Shown: piece after piece, positions 37,788 to 48,468 of the stretch
How the letters are laid out: the number at the start of each line of letters is the position of its first letter
Numbering within the stretch: position 1 is the first letter of the stretch
NCBI GenBank assembly: GCA_040382515.1
Contig: JBEIFH010000006.1
Span: 1 to 63,225 of the forward strand
DNA length: 63,225 nt
Reading direction: 5' to 3'
DNA from: Chlamydiia bacterium
GTDB taxonomy: Bacteria; Chlamydiota; Chlamydiia; Chlamydiales; RGXB01
Notes under the pieces: model-generated
What the model was told of the DNA's origin: nothing
The model's database searches: none
The model's input: only the letters and a program-made list of their open reading frames with translations
Position numbers and translations under genes: made by a program

Positions 37788-39635
37788 TCAGTAGTTGAGG
37801 GAAGATTCTTTAAATTTAGACCAGTGTTTCAGGACTTCGACAGCTTCATCTAAAACAAGTTTTTTTTCCTCATCGTAGCTTATGCTTTCTTGTTTTTTCC
37901 ATTTGTTCTGCCGCTCTTTGGAGGCCTTATTGAGATGGCTCAAGATTTTTTCGGGGATAAACAAGCGTTGTTGCTGTAAACCCCTTTTTGCCCGAATCCT
38001 TGCTAATGGATTCAGATCGAGCATTTGATCAAGAAAGCTTGAGGGTATTGTATTGGAGGGGAGGGCAAACTTGTGATGTTTTTCTCCTATCTCCAATTTA
38101 TTCAAAGGTCCCGGAATCTCCACATGGGGGGCGACGCCGGTCAACTGGGGCGAGTTCCCTGATACAGTATAATAAAGACCTCTTGTGATCCGGTATTCAC
38201 CCTTAGGGTCAATAGACCCACGAGAGTCTATAGAGAGAACTTGGTAGGAACCTTTGCCAAAAGTGGCACTGTCACCAACTAGAATGGCCCTGCCGTAATC
38301 TTTGAGGCATTGGGCCACAATTTCACTAGACGAGGCGCTGGCTCTATCGATCATAACAGCAAGCGGACCTCTAAAAGCGGGTGGCGACTGGAAAGTCCTC
38401 ATATGGTAGATGCCGTGGATTCGGTCCGATACCGATGCCACAACTCCGCGATGGATAAAAAGACCGGCTATTTCCACCGCCTGTGACATGAGCCCTCCCG
38501 AATTTTCACGCAAATCGAGCAGGACGCCCACAATCGGTTTTTGTTTTTTTAAGGTGTCATAGATACGCTTAAAGTCCTTGCTAGAGGAGGTATTCTCGTC
38601 TTCATAAAAGGAGTGCAATGCAAAGTAAAGGATCGCCCCCTCGTTGGTTTGGATTACTTCGTAGGTATACCTGCTCTCTTCAACAACAACCTCGTCGCGG
38701 GCTAAAACCACAACGTGGTGGGCGTCTTTGCGCAGAAGGGTGAGGGTGACCATGGTCCCCTTTTCTCCCCGGATCAGAGCAACCGCATCCTGAATCGACA
38801 ATCCCATTACAGGCTCGCCGTTTACGGCGATAATCTTGTCATCTACCTGCACTTTGCCTGAGCGGGCTGCAGGCCCCCCTTCTACAAGTTTTAGTATATT
38901 TAAACCGTCAAAATCGTCGCGCAACATAGCGCCGATTCCGTAAAGCCTTTGTTGCACATGAATCAAAAAGTCTAAGGCTTCGTCGGGGGTGAAATAGGAG
39001 GTGTGGGCATCCAGGGAGCGGGCAAAAGATTTTAAAAAGGTGCTATGGACAAGTCTCTCTTCTATTTCCTTGGATAGGCCAATCCAATCTTGCTCAAAAT
39101 GGGTGCGTTTCTTTTCGCTCCAGGTTAAAATCTTCTCCTGCATATTTGGGCCGATTTGATCTGCCATGTACAGGTTGTGTGCTTTCAGCTGGGCCAATCG
39201 GTCTACCAATTCCTCCTCAGAGAGGGCAAAAGTCTCATTTTTAGTCTCAAGCTTCTTGGGAGTGACTTGTTGTAATTTAGCGTGTCCAAGAAGGGTGTTA
39301 TGTCGCACGATAGCTTTTTTAAACAGGTCTAAAATGTGGGTAAAATATTGAAAATCTCCCCTATAGACCGCTTTTTTCAAAGTGGATAGTTCCGCCTCGC
39401 CCAATTTGATCGAAGGGGTGATTTCATGATCGAGAAAATAACTTTTAGTTCGATCCATCTCCTCGACAAAATGGGCGAGAGTTCTCTCAAGAATCTCATT
39501 GTCAATCTCTTGGATATGCGCATGAGCCCGCAACATCTCCTCCATCCTATGGGTCACATCGTGGACCTTAAGCTTGGGTGGTTCCTTTGCAACAAGGGCC
39601 AGGAAAAAAAGGGCGGGTAAAAGAAAACGAATCAT
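37788..39635 (-). CDS. tsp: Tail-specific (S41, PDZ) periplasmic protease
   Basis: LDAHTSYF, GIGA PDZ loop, DLRENSGG, SASSSE (catalytic Ser), TFGKG (Lys); GGGAGG RBS and signal peptide at 39635. Confidence 0.9.
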   Translation of the reverse strand: MIRFLLPALFFLALVAKEPPKLKVHDVTHRMEEMLRAHAHIQEIDNEILERTLAHFVEEMDRTKSYFLDHEITPSIKLGEAELSTLKKAVYRGDFQYFTHILDLFKKAIVRHNTLLGHAKLQQVTPKKLETKNETFALSEEELVDRLAQLKAHNLYMADQIGPNMQEKILTWSEKKRTHFEQDWIGLSKEIEERLVHSTFLKSFARSLDAHTSYFTPDEALDFLIHVQQRLYGIGAMLRDDFDGLNILKLVEGGPAARSGKVQVDDKIIAVNGEPVMGLSIQDAVALIRGEKGTMVTLTLLRKDAHHVVVLARDEVVVEESRYTYEVIQTNEGAILYFALHSFYEDENTSSSKDFKRIYDTLKKQKPIVGVLLDLRENSGGLMSQAVEIAGLFIHRGVVASVSDRIHGIYHMRTFQSPPAFRGPLAVMIDRASASSSEIVAQCLKDYGRAILVGDSATFGKGSYQVLSIDSRGSIDPKGEYRITRGLYYTVSGNSPQLTGVAPHVEIPGPLNKLEIGEKHHKFALPSNTIPSSFLDQMLDLNPLARIRAKRGLQQQRLFIPEKILSHLNKASKERQNKWKKQESISYDEEKKLVLDEAVEVLKHWSKFKESSLNY

Positions 39636-40006
39636 TGTCCTCCCACTTAATGGTTTAGGTAAAATTGATCCAGAAAATTCCACCCCGGAGGTTAAAAAAT
39701 CTCTCCCATGTAGGCTGCAGATAGAAAAAATCGGTAAGAATTGTTGGAAATAGCTAACGGAAATTTTTTTCAAGGCGCCCCTTTTTTATAACTAATTAAT
39801 TTTCAAGTATTAAATAAAGAAAATTAAAAGATTCCAACAGACACCATGGAAAATTTATCAAATTCTATTGAATTCAATTCTTTTTTATGGAAGAATTAAC
39901 AACCTAAAAGACCAAAAGATTTACGAATTGTGACCTACCAAAACGCATGTACCTACTAAGGAACCGAGGTCTTTAAAAAAATTAATTTTAATGGAGAAAC
40001 AAAAAA

Positions 40007-40456
40007 ATGGAAAATTTCCATCAACAAAAAATGCAAGAAGTTGCTACTGATACACCGCCAGGTTTTGTTTCTATTACTGAGGCGGCTCGTATCAACAACG
40101 TAACAAGACAAGCGATCTATGTTGCTATTAAGCAAAAAAAGCTTAGAGCATATAAGCACTCGACACGTTGGACTATTAGCCTCAAAGATTTAGAAGAGTA
40201 TAGAAATCAAAAATATTCAAGATTGAAATCTACTTTTAACGGCGAATTGCTTTTTGATAACAACAAAGGGTATTTCTCAGTTGGTCAAGTAGCAAAAATG
40301 TTGAATGTGCCTGCACAAAAAATCTACTACGCAACTCGTGTAGGGATGATGAAAGCGCACAGAAAAGGGGCAGCTTGGGTTATCAGTGTTGAAGATATCA
40401 ATTTTTACAAAGAGAAGTACCTTGCAGCTTTCACATCAGAAGCTCTCGTAGGATAA
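40007..40456 (+). CDS. euo: Chlamydial developmental repressor EUO (tandem HTH)
   Basis: VSITEAARINNVTRQAIYVAIKQKKLRA and SVGQVAKMLNVPAQKIYYATR..GAAWV; adjacent to recJ; GGAG RBS. Confidence 0.92.
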   Translation: MENFHQQKMQEVATDTPPGFVSITEAARINNVTRQAIYVAIKQKKLRAYKHSTRWTISLKDLEEYRNQKYSRLKSTFNGELLFDNNKGYFSVGQVAKMLNVPAQKIYYATRVGMMKAHRKGAAWVISVEDINFYKEKYLAAFTSEALVG

Positions 40457-40483
40457 TAGAAGACCTGTAAAATTATAGGCAAT

Positions 40484-42235
40484 TTAGGCTCGCGGAAGTA
40501 CCTGGAAATCTTTAATCTGCAATTGAATGCTGGTTTTTTCCTGGTACGAATTGATTGTAGGGGTAAATGCTACGATCAACCGCGAGCCTTTCTTTTTTAT
40601 AAGCTCTTGGCGGCGCATAGCTAGATTGAATCCGATCCCTTCCAGTTGTCTCCCATTTTCTTCCAAATAAAACTTTAGATGCACCTTTCCGATAACCTTA
40701 GGCGGAAAAACCTGATCTGCCTCGCAGTATAGCGTAGGGGCGGGGTTATCCACACCAAAAGGTTCCAGTAACGACAACGACTCTAAAAAATCGAACGTAA
40801 GATCTTTAAAAGAGACCTTAGCGTCAATCATCAGCTTCGGAAAAAGGTCCTTGTCGGATAGAGACCTATCGGCTGCTTGAAGAAAGCGCTCTTTAAAAAG
40901 GGGAAAATTCTGTGGGGTTATAGTGAATCCTGCGGCATAGTCGTGACCACCGTAATTCATAAAAAGAGATCCATTTTCTCTAAGGACCGGGAGAATGGGG
41001 AACTCGGGTATGGTTCTCACGCTTGCTTTAAGGACACCTTTATCTTCAGTGATGACAACCGTAGGGCGGTTATAGAGTTTAGACATTCTCGCCGCAATGA
41101 TCGCTATGATTCCGGGATGGCAGGTTTTAGAAAATAAAACGATAGCTTTACCCTCAAGAAGGTCTGGTTGCTGCTCGATCATTTTTTCTATTTCTAGTGA
41201 GTCCCGACGCTCGATCTTTTGCCTCTCTTGATTTTTTTTGTCTATGAAATCGACGAGGTGATTGGCGACATTGAAATCCCTGGTCAGTAAAAGCTCTACC
41301 CCTTTCATCGGGTCAGAGATCCGACCAAGACTATTTAGCCTGGGGGCAAGTTTAGAAGCGATGTCTCCGGTCGTGATTGTCTCTGCATTCAATTCAGATA
41401 GATTGAGAAGCTTCAAAAGACCAATACGACCTGTTTTCGGAATTTGATTCAGACCATAACGGACCAAAATACGGTTTTCACCACGCAGAGAGCCCATGTC
41501 GGCCACTGTCCCAATCGCTACGATATCCAGCATGTCTTTTAAGTCGATCTCCTCTGGATCAATGGTCCCCTTCAGAGATAGAAAGCTCAAGAGTGCATGG
41601 GCAAGCTTAAAGGCCACACCAACCCCCGTGAGGTCCCTGTTTGGGTATGTGCTATGGTGCAGTTTCGGATTCAAAGTGGCGATGCACTGTAGATTTTGCA
41701 TCCCCGGTTCATGGTGGTCCGTTACAATAACGTCAATTCCATACCGGTCTGCCCGTTCTACCTCATCTGTGGAAGTGAGGCCGCAATCGACAGTGATGAT
41801 CAGCTTACAACCTTTTTCCAAAGCAGTCTCGATGGCATCGCTCATCAAACTTTCTTTGATCTGGTTCCTATTAGGAACACTGTAGTGGACATGAACGCCA
41901 AGGCGTCTAAAAAAATCGGTCAAGAGCACGGTTCCGGTGATTCCGTCCACATCATTGTCACCGAAAACAAGGATCGAATCCTTGTCCTGAATCGCTCTAT
42001 AGAGCCTGTCGACTGCCTGATCGATTTGAGGCATCAAGGAGGGGGAGAACAGATCAGGAAGTTTGGCATACAGGTAATGGTGTATTTCTACCATAGAGGT
42101 AAAACCTCGGCTCATAAGGATTTGAGCCGTCACCGGGTTGATATTGAACTCGCGGGTGATCCTCTGCACAAGCGGGGGGTTTTCCCTAGGAAAAACCCAC
42201 GTGATCTCTTGTTTTTTTTGTACGATAGGGATCAA
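40484..42235 (-). CDS. recJ: Single-stranded DNA exonuclease RecJ
   Basis: GDNDVDG, TVDCG, TDHH, GTVAD, PRLN, GGH, LEPFG. Confidence 0.95.
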   Translation of the reverse strand: MIPIVQKKQEITWVFPRENPPLVQRITREFNINPVTAQILMSRGFTSMVEIHHYLYAKLPDLFSPSLMPQIDQAVDRLYRAIQDKDSILVFGDNDVDGITGTVLLTDFFRRLGVHVHYSVPNRNQIKESLMSDAIETALEKGCKLIITVDCGLTSTDEVERADRYGIDVIVTDHHEPGMQNLQCIATLNPKLHHSTYPNRDLTGVGVAFKLAHALLSFLSLKGTIDPEEIDLKDMLDIVAIGTVADMGSLRGENRILVRYGLNQIPKTGRIGLLKLLNLSELNAETITTGDIASKLAPRLNSLGRISDPMKGVELLLTRDFNVANHLVDFIDKKNQERQKIERRDSLEIEKMIEQQPDLLEGKAIVLFSKTCHPGIIAIIAARMSKLYNRPTVVITEDKGVLKASVRTIPEFPILPVLRENGSLFMNYGGHDYAAGFTITPQNFPLFKERFLQAADRSLSDKDLFPKLMIDAKVSFKDLTFDFLESLSLLEPFGVDNPAPTLYCEADQVFPPKVIGKVHLKFYLEENGRQLEGIGFNLAMRRQELIKKKGSRLIVAFTPTINSYQEKTSIQLQIKDFQVLPRA

Positions 42236-45200
42236 GAATTAAGCTCCGCAATAACCTTTACCTCTCTGTTTTCATACGCATCAAATAGAACCAGCAGCAT
42301 ACTAGAAATGAAGAACGAAGAAAGAGTTCCTACAACAATACCTATCGACATAAGGAGAGAAAAACCGAAAATACTGTTTCCTCCCAAAATAACCATGCAC
42401 ACTAAAACAACCAGGGTTGTAGTCGATGTAAGAAGGGTACGCGATAGGGTCACATTTAAGGATCGGTTTACAAGCTGCTTGAAAGGCATTTTCCGATCAT
42501 GCTTTTGATCTTCTCGAATTCGGTCGAAAACAATGATGGTATCATTCAACGAGTACCCCGCTATCGTCATGAGGGCTGCAACGGCATTCAGATCTATTTG
42601 GACGGGGAGTCCTAACTGATGGAGAAGAGCCAAAATGGATAGAGTGATCACAATATCGTAAGCGAGTCCAAGGGTTGCGCTGATTGCATACTTAAACTCG
42701 AACCTTAAGGTGATGTAGATCAAAATCGCTAAAAGAGCTACGGCAAGTCCAATAGCGGCATTTTTTCTCATGGCATCAGACATTTGTCCGCTTACACTTT
42801 TAAATGTGAAGTGAACACCGTTCAACGAGGCATCTGTCATTTGGACGCCCTCCTGTTGCAGGCTTTCCATCACAAAATTGAGACGAGGATTGGTTTGGTA
42901 GGCAAAGGATGGGTCCAAGAGTTCTTGTGTCAAACCCATTCCTGCAAAAGGCCTATTTGCCTCATCAAGTGATTTAGCTAAAAATACGCGTAAAGACTCT
43001 TTTGAGGACAATTCACGAACCTGCATTTCCTGTGTATGTATGCCCGCTTTTTTAAGCGCTTGTTCTACACAATATTTAGGGTCCAGCTTATTTTGGCCCG
43101 ATACCTCAATCAAGAGAGAGTATCCACCTGTAAAGTCCATACCGTAGATATTCGCCTGGTTATTATAAAGGGCATACCCCCCAAAGGCGGCTGCGCATAG
43201 GCTCAATCCCGCTACAGGAACGGAAAGTTTCAGGAATGGTATAGAGGTTTTTTCGATCCATTTTCCGATTTTGAACGGTCTATCTTCTCTTTTTTCGACC
43301 CACTTGTAGAAGAAGGTTCGTGTTGTGAAATAGGCTGTGAACATCGATGAAGCAACACCGATGATGAGCGTGAGCGCAAAACCTTTTACAGGGCCAGCAT
43401 CGAAATTCAATAAAATCAGCGCTGCGATAACGGTTGTGACGTTAGAGTCCAAAATAGCGGAAAAAGCTCTGCTATACCCGTTATGGATAGCCGTAGCTAA
43501 ATTTTTGTGGATTTTGTACTCCTCACGAATCCTTTCAAATACAAGAACATTCGCATCGACGGACATCCCTATTGTCAAGACAATAGCTGCGATGCCGGCT
43601 AGGGTGAGGGAGGCTCCGATATTTTGCAGAACTGCCCAAAGGATGAGCAAGTTGAAGAGAACTGCGATGGAGGCAATGAAACCAAAAAATCTATAGTAGG
43701 AGCACATAATGGCAACAACTAATAGTAAAGCGGCAACTGCAGCAAAAATCCCTTGAGTCCTCTCTTTAAGACCTAGCTCCGGGCTTACGTTATTTTCTGA
43801 AAGGATATGCGGTGTGTAGGTCAAAGAACCGGCTCTGAGATCGGATTCCAGTTTACTTGCTTCGCGTTGAGAGAAATTTCCGGTAATCATCGCCTTATCT
43901 TTGATTTCGGCATTGAGGCTAGGGGAGGAGATCACACTGCCATTTAAAACAACAGCCATTCTCCATCCGCGTGCGTGTGAGTATTGTTCAAGATCGGTTC
44001 CGATTACTTTGTCCTGGCAGAACACTTTAGTCCAGGAGGAGAGCATCGACTGTGGCAACTCGATAGTACCGTTCGTATTTTTTTTGGTAGCTTTTACCTC
44101 AAAGGAGAGAAAATTTCCATTTTTAGGGTCGTAAGAGGCCCTTACGGTTTCCAGAGAGGAGCCCTCGAGCGCATAATTGTTGAAAACAATCAAAAGTGGG
44201 TGAGTCTGCCCTTCCCACGTTGTCGATGTTTCCCCTTTGATCACAGCGACGCGGCTTAGGGTTTCGTCAAAAGCATTTGTGCAGCCATTTTCGGGGTGGG
44301 CAAGCGCTAGTCCTGCCTGCAAAAGCAGCCTTGCAGCTTCGGTTTTAGGGTTAGGGTTTTCTGCATCGCCCGCATCCCCATATAGGTGCGTGTAGGCGAT
44401 TTTATGAACTTGCTCCGCCTCTTTTTTCCCTTTTACAATCGCTTCACTCCAGACATCTTGAAGAAACCTGTTTGTGGAGTCTCTTAAAGAGATATTGTTG
44501 GAAGAGAACTTCTCGTTCACAACATGGAATGTCATTGAGGAGGAGCGGATGAGATCGCTTGCCGAGATGTCTTGAGAGCCGGGAAAATCAAGAATGATGT
44601 TCGAGCCCTCTATGCGGATAGAAACCTCGGAGACACCCATTTTGTTTACCCGATTGAACAGCTCGTTTACCCCTTGCTTAAGGTCAAACTCATTCGTAAC
44701 GGTTTTACCGGAAGGATCCTTGAGTTGTATTTCTACCGTCTTTCCCCCTGAAAGGTCCAATCCCCACTTCAGAACTTTCCGATCATCGCCTCTAAAATAT
44801 TTTTTCATCGAGATGATGAAATTGTTCCATAAAGTCGAGCGTGTCGGCTTCGGAGCATCATAATAAGTTCGTTGCGAAGGGTCGATTTGAGAGGAGTGGT
44901 AGAGGTCTTTCATGCGTAAAAGATCCTCTTGTTCTTTTGATTCGATTTGATTCACGGTCAGGATTCTTTGCCTTACGTCCGTGAATTCAAGAAGAGCAAA
45001 TGTTTTAGAACCTTTAAGATAAAAATTTTCTCTTGTTGCAGCTACTGTAGGCTCACAAACCGAAGAAAGCTCAAAGATAAGGTCCTCTGCAAACTCTTTG
45101 TTGAGCGGAATTGCCGCCCCCGGATAAGCGATAAAGCCTTGTTGTTGGAAAATGTTATTCAGCTGTTTGAGATCTTCGTTGAAAGCTTTTACGGTCTCGT

Positions 45201-46737
45201 TTTTCAGTGAGGCGTATTTTCGATAAATTTTGTAAAAATCTTTAAAAATGACATAGCAGGAGTCTGATTTGAAGCCGCTTAAAGGGAATTTGCCCTCCAG
45301 ACCCGGTGCATACAAAACTGCCTGAAAACCCCGCTCGGAAAGAATTTGGTGTTGGTAGTCTTTGAACGTTATAACAGGGTAGTTTTCTCTGTTTAGATCG
45401 ACTGTTTGGGGCTCAAAGAGCTGTAAACGAGATTCTGTTTTTTGCAGTATTTTTTCTAAAATAGGCTTTGACTGCAAAACAAGAATCGATTTGCTGGATT
45501 GCAATGAGGATAAAGGTGTGACGAATTTTTGATTTTGGAGCTTGAATTCCTCAGAAGTTTCCCTCGAAAGTCTTGCCAATTCCTTATATATAAGAGATTG
45601 GACCGCTTCTTTTTTTATTGCATTCCCCTCAATCAATACAGATTCGACATCCTGATGCAGTTCAAGGAGGATTTGATCCTTCTCAAAATCTAAGTGGATA
45701 GAAGAAAATAAAGGGTTGTTTTTTTGTAACGGAATATGACCGTGCTTTGCCCAGCTCGCTTCAATAGTGTCATAGGATAAAGGGAGGGAGCCTTGCTGAA
45801 AATCTCTCAGATGATTTTTTACGACATATAGAGAGTCGCGTAGCTTCTCTTCTTTATTTTGCAGCTGGAGGATCTTATCCTTGTCTAGGCTCGTGAAGGA
45901 GGTTTGGTCATTAGCTTGTTCAAGAGATTGTAGGTCCAAGCGCTCCTTTTGGCATCTGTCTTTAAGTGCGGTAAGGGCTTCCATTAAGGTATAGCCTAAA
46001 GAGGCTTTTTCTGTGAGGTGAGCTTGGGTTAAAGAGCAGATAAAACGTTTGGTTGCGGGGGACTTTTCTCCGAATGTAGTTTTGTAGTCGAGGAGTGTTT
46101 GTACGTATTGAAGAAGGGGTTCTTCTGCTCTGTGATCTTGAAGATTTTGCGTGGCAACAGAGACGAGCTCAGCCGCTTCCGATACCCCTCCGAGTGAATT
46201 GGCTACTTGAAAAACCCGGTCCAATCCGATCTGTTTGTACCCTTCTGTAGGGGATCCGTCATCGGTGTATTTTTCGACGAAACGGAACATCTCTTGGCGC
46301 TGTTCTTGTCCGAAGTGGATGGGGATCTTTCTTTGGACTTCCACTTTAAGGGTGTCTAGAGTGTCGGGGCCAAGTGCAAGCTGAAGGGGGTAGAAAGGGA
46401 TAAGATTTCCTGCACGTGGCAATAGTTGCTTGAATTTCTTAGCATCTTCGGACTGATTAAAGACAACCTCAATCTTGTCCGAAAAACTCGGATCGATCTC
46501 TATCGATTTAACTTTGACGCCGATAAGTTCTGCATACGAGTAGATCCAGTCTGTGGAATCTTTTTCAAGACGATTAACTCTGTTAGCAATTTCATTTTGG
46601 ATTTCAAAAGCTCTTTTGGCTCCAATTTTTTCGGAGAGCGGGTTTGAGTAAAAGAGTAGGGTGGGCAAGATGTTGTATGCAGTTAAAACTGTAACGCCTG
46701 CTATAAGCCAGGTGTGCCATCGCTTCTGTCTTTCCAT
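42232..46737 (-). CDS. secD: Fused protein translocase SecDF with long chlamydial N-terminal region
   Basis: WGLDLSGG, GMSVDANVLVFERIREE, GMDFTGG, GYSLNDTIIVFDRIRE, TLSRT. Start MERQKRW (46737); ORF open from 46752. Confidence 0.95.
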   Translation of the reverse strand: MERQKRWHTWLIAGVTVLTAYNILPTLLFYSNPLSEKIGAKRAFEIQNEIANRVNRLEKDSTDWIYSYAELIGVKVKSIEIDPSFSDKIEVVFNQSEDAKKFKQLLPRAGNLIPFYPLQLALGPDTLDTLKVEVQRKIPIHFGQEQRQEMFRFVEKYTDDGSPTEGYKQIGLDRVFQVANSLGGVSEAAELVSVATQNLQDHRAEEPLLQYVQTLLDYKTTFGEKSPATKRFICSLTQAHLTEKASLGYTLMEALTALKDRCQKERLDLQSLEQANDQTSFTSLDKDKILQLQNKEEKLRDSLYVVKNHLRDFQQGSLPLSYDTIEASWAKHGHIPLQKNNPLFSSIHLDFEKDQILLELHQDVESVLIEGNAIKKEAVQSLIYKELARLSRETSEEFKLQNQKFVTPLSSLQSSKSILVLQSKPILEKILQKTESRLQLFEPQTVDLNRENYPVITFKDYQHQILSERGFQAVLYAPGLEGKFPLSGFKSDSCYVIFKDFYKIYRKYASLKNETVKAFNEDLKQLNNIFQQQGFIAYPGAAIPLNKEFAEDLIFELSSVCEPTVAATRENFYLKGSKTFALLEFTDVRQRILTVNQIESKEQEDLLRMKDLYHSSQIDPSQRTYYDAPKPTRSTLWNNFIISMKKYFRGDDRKVLKWGLDLSGGKTVEIQLKDPSGKTVTNEFDLKQGVNELFNRVNKMGVSEVSIRIEGSNIILDFPGSQDISASDLIRSSSMTFHVVNEKFSSNNISLRDSTNRFLQDVWSEAIVKGKKEAEQVHKIAYTHLYGDAGDAENPNPKTEAARLLLQAGLALAHPENGCTNAFDETLSRVAVIKGETSTTWEGQTHPLLIVFNNYALEGSSLETVRASYDPKNGNFLSFEVKATKKNTNGTIELPQSMLSSWTKVFCQDKVIGTDLEQYSHARGWRMAVVLNGSVISSPSLNAEIKDKAMITGNFSQREASKLESDLRAGSLTYTPHILSENNVSPELGLKERTQGIFAAVAALLLVVAIMCSYYRFFGFIASIAVLFNLLILWAVLQNIGASLTLAGIAAIVLTIGMSVDANVLVFERIREEYKIHKNLATAIHNGYSRAFSAILDSNVTTVIAALILLNFDAGPVKGFALTLIIGVASSMFTAYFTTRTFFYKWVEKREDRPFKIGKWIEKTSIPFLKLSVPVAGLSLCAAAFGGYALYNNQANIYGMDFTGGYSLLIEVSGQNKLDPKYCVEQALKKAGIHTQEMQVRELSSKESLRVFLAKSLDEANRPFAGMGLTQELLDPSFAYQTNPRLNFVMESLQQEGVQMTDASLNGVHFTFKSVSGQMSDAMRKNAAIGLAVALLAILIYITLRFEFKYAISATLGLAYDIVITLSILALLHQLGLPVQIDLNAVAALMTIAGYSLNDTIIVFDRIREDQKHDRKMPFKQLVNRSLNVTLSRTLLTSTTTLVVLVCMVILGGNSIFGFSLLMSIGIVVGTLSSFFISSMLLVLFDAYENREVKVIAELNS

Positions 46738-46922
46738 AGAAAACAAGACCATTTCATGAAATTTAAACCTTAGAATACATCTGAAATTAGATTCTGTCCA
46801 CCCAAAATAACTGGTTTCATACTTCTTTTAAAAAAATAAGGATAGGCTCCCTTTTCAAGATCGAATCGGTGTTTATTTTTAACGCCCCTTTTTCGTATAA
46901 TCTGCGAGGCCGTGTTTTCTGG

Positions 46923-46951
46923 TTGAAACTTTAAAATTCTTACGGTACAAT
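46923..46951 (+). promoter_or_regulatory. Sigma66/70-like promoter for the uppS-cdsA-cmk/plsC-trxA operon
   Basis: TTGAAA-17-TACAAT, 22 nt upstream of uppS. Confidence 0.6.
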
Positions 46952-46973
46952 TGAGCCTTTTAAGAGGTCAAAT

Positions 46974-47687
46974 TTGACAGTTTTAAACCACGTTGCTCTC
47001 ATTTTGGATGGTAACCGCAGATGGGCCCATGAGCGGGGACTGCCCACCATCGAGGGTTACAAGAGGGGTGCAGACAGGGTAAAAGAAGTTCTATCATTTG
47101 CAACTCAAAGAGCGATACCAATCTTGACGATGTACTTTTTTTCTACTGAAAACTGGGGCCGGAACCTCCTTGAAGTGAAGGGTCTTTTTGCCTTCATGGA
47201 TACCTTCCTGAAAGAAAATCTGTCATTATTGATTGAAGAGGGTGTGAAACTTTCCCTTATGGGGCGTCTTGATCGGCTTCCCCCTCTCTTAAAGAATTCT
47301 ATTCAAAATGCCATTCATCAGACTTCGGGGTGCAATAAAATACGTTTGAATTTGGCCCTGGATTACGGGGGACGGGATGAGATTTTACGGGCTGTCTCCA
47401 AGGTAGCTCTGAACCATAAAGGGGATTTAAATCTTTTAACTGAGGAGCATTTTTCCTGCTACCTCGACAGCCCTGGGATGCCCGACCCTGACTTTGTGAT
47501 TCGCACCGGTGGCGAGATGCGAATAAGTAATTTTTTGCTTTGGCAAATTGCCTACGCCGAGCTCTATTTTACAAATGTTTTGTGGCCCGATTTCTCATGC
47601 GACGACTTCGAGGAGGCTCTAACAAATTTTGAACAAAGAAGTCGAAGGAGAGGTGGGGATGCCCGGAGTGTTTCACGACTTGTCTAA
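46974..47687 (+). CDS. uppS: Undecaprenyl/isoprenyl diphosphate synthase
   Basis: HVALILDGNRRWA, FSTENW, YGGRDEI, IRTGGEMRISNFLLWQ, WPDF; GAGG RBS before TTG. Confidence 0.96.
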   Translation: MTVLNHVALILDGNRRWAHERGLPTIEGYKRGADRVKEVLSFATQRAIPILTMYFFSTENWGRNLLEVKGLFAFMDTFLKENLSLLIEEGVKLSLMGRLDRLPPLLKNSIQNAIHQTSGCNKIRLNLALDYGGRDEILRAVSKVALNHKGDLNLLTEEHFSCYLDSPGMPDPDFVIRTGGEMRISNFLLWQIAYAELYFTNVLWPDFSCDDFEEALTNFEQRSRRRGGDARSVSRLV

Positions 47688-48468
47688 GCGTTTATCGATG
47701 TCTTCAGGGATCATCCTGATGTTGGTGATAAGCTTTTTTGGAAAAAACTATTGGCCGGTTCAATTTCTGACCGTTTTGTTTGTATCTACAATTACGATGG
47801 CTGCCATGATCGAGTATGTAGCCCTTGTGAAACATAAGGGGGACCCCCCTTCTAAATACCTTTTGGCAGGTATAGGGGTTTTTTGGCCTTTTGCGTTTTT
47901 CTTTTTCCCCTCCTGGATATGGCTGATTTTGATTTTTCTCGGCTTTTTTATTTATAATTTTTTATCGATGGACGGTGCAATCTACCGTGTAGCTACCGGT
48001 TCTTTTGCCATGCTTTACATCTTGGTACCCATAGGGATGATTTTATCAATCCTTTACCCCGATGGGGTGGGATCCAAGGGGGACGTCAATTTGGTGGTAT
48101 ATTTATTAGCGGTAACCAAAATTGCAGATATCGGTGGGTATTTTATGGGCAGACTTTTTGGCAAAAAAAAACTTGCTCCGAAAATAAGCCCGTCAAAAAC
48201 CGTCGTGGGTGCCGTCTTTGGACTCTTGAGTTCTTTACTCATGAGTCTCTTTCTTTCCACCTATGTGAACATCTCGCACTATGAGGCGGTTTTCCTTGGA
48301 ATTGTACTGGGTGGAGCCGCAGAGTTAGGTGATCTGGCCGAATCGGTGCTTAAAAGGGATGCTCAGGTTAAAGACAGCAACCAAATACCTGGACTTGGAG
48401 GTGTCTTGGACTTGATTGACTCCTTATTATTTACAACACCCATACTTTTTGCCTACTTTAGGTTTTGA
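47659..48468 (+). CDS. cdsA: Phosphatidate cytidylyltransferase
   Basis: DIGGYFMG, ISPSKT, GDLAESVLKRDAQVKDS, PGLGGVLD..DS. Confidence 0.94.
   Translation: MPGVFHDLSKRLSMSSGIILMLVISFFGKNYWPVQFLTVLFVSTITMAAMIEYVALVKHKGDPPSKYLLAGIGVFWPFAFFFFPSWIWLILIFLGFFIYNFLSMDGAIYRVATGSFAMLYILVPIGMILSILYPDGVGSKGDVNLVVYLLAVTKIADIGGYFMGRLFGKKKLAPKISPSKTVVGAVFGLLSSLLMSLFLSTYVNISHYEAVFLGIVLGGAAELGDLAESVLKRDAQVKDSNQIPGLGGVLDLIDSLLFTTPILFAYFRF

Noticed and set aside
42232..46737. Unusually long 1500-aa SecDF
   Set aside because: A long N-terminal region and SecD-SecF fusion are normal for chlamydiae.
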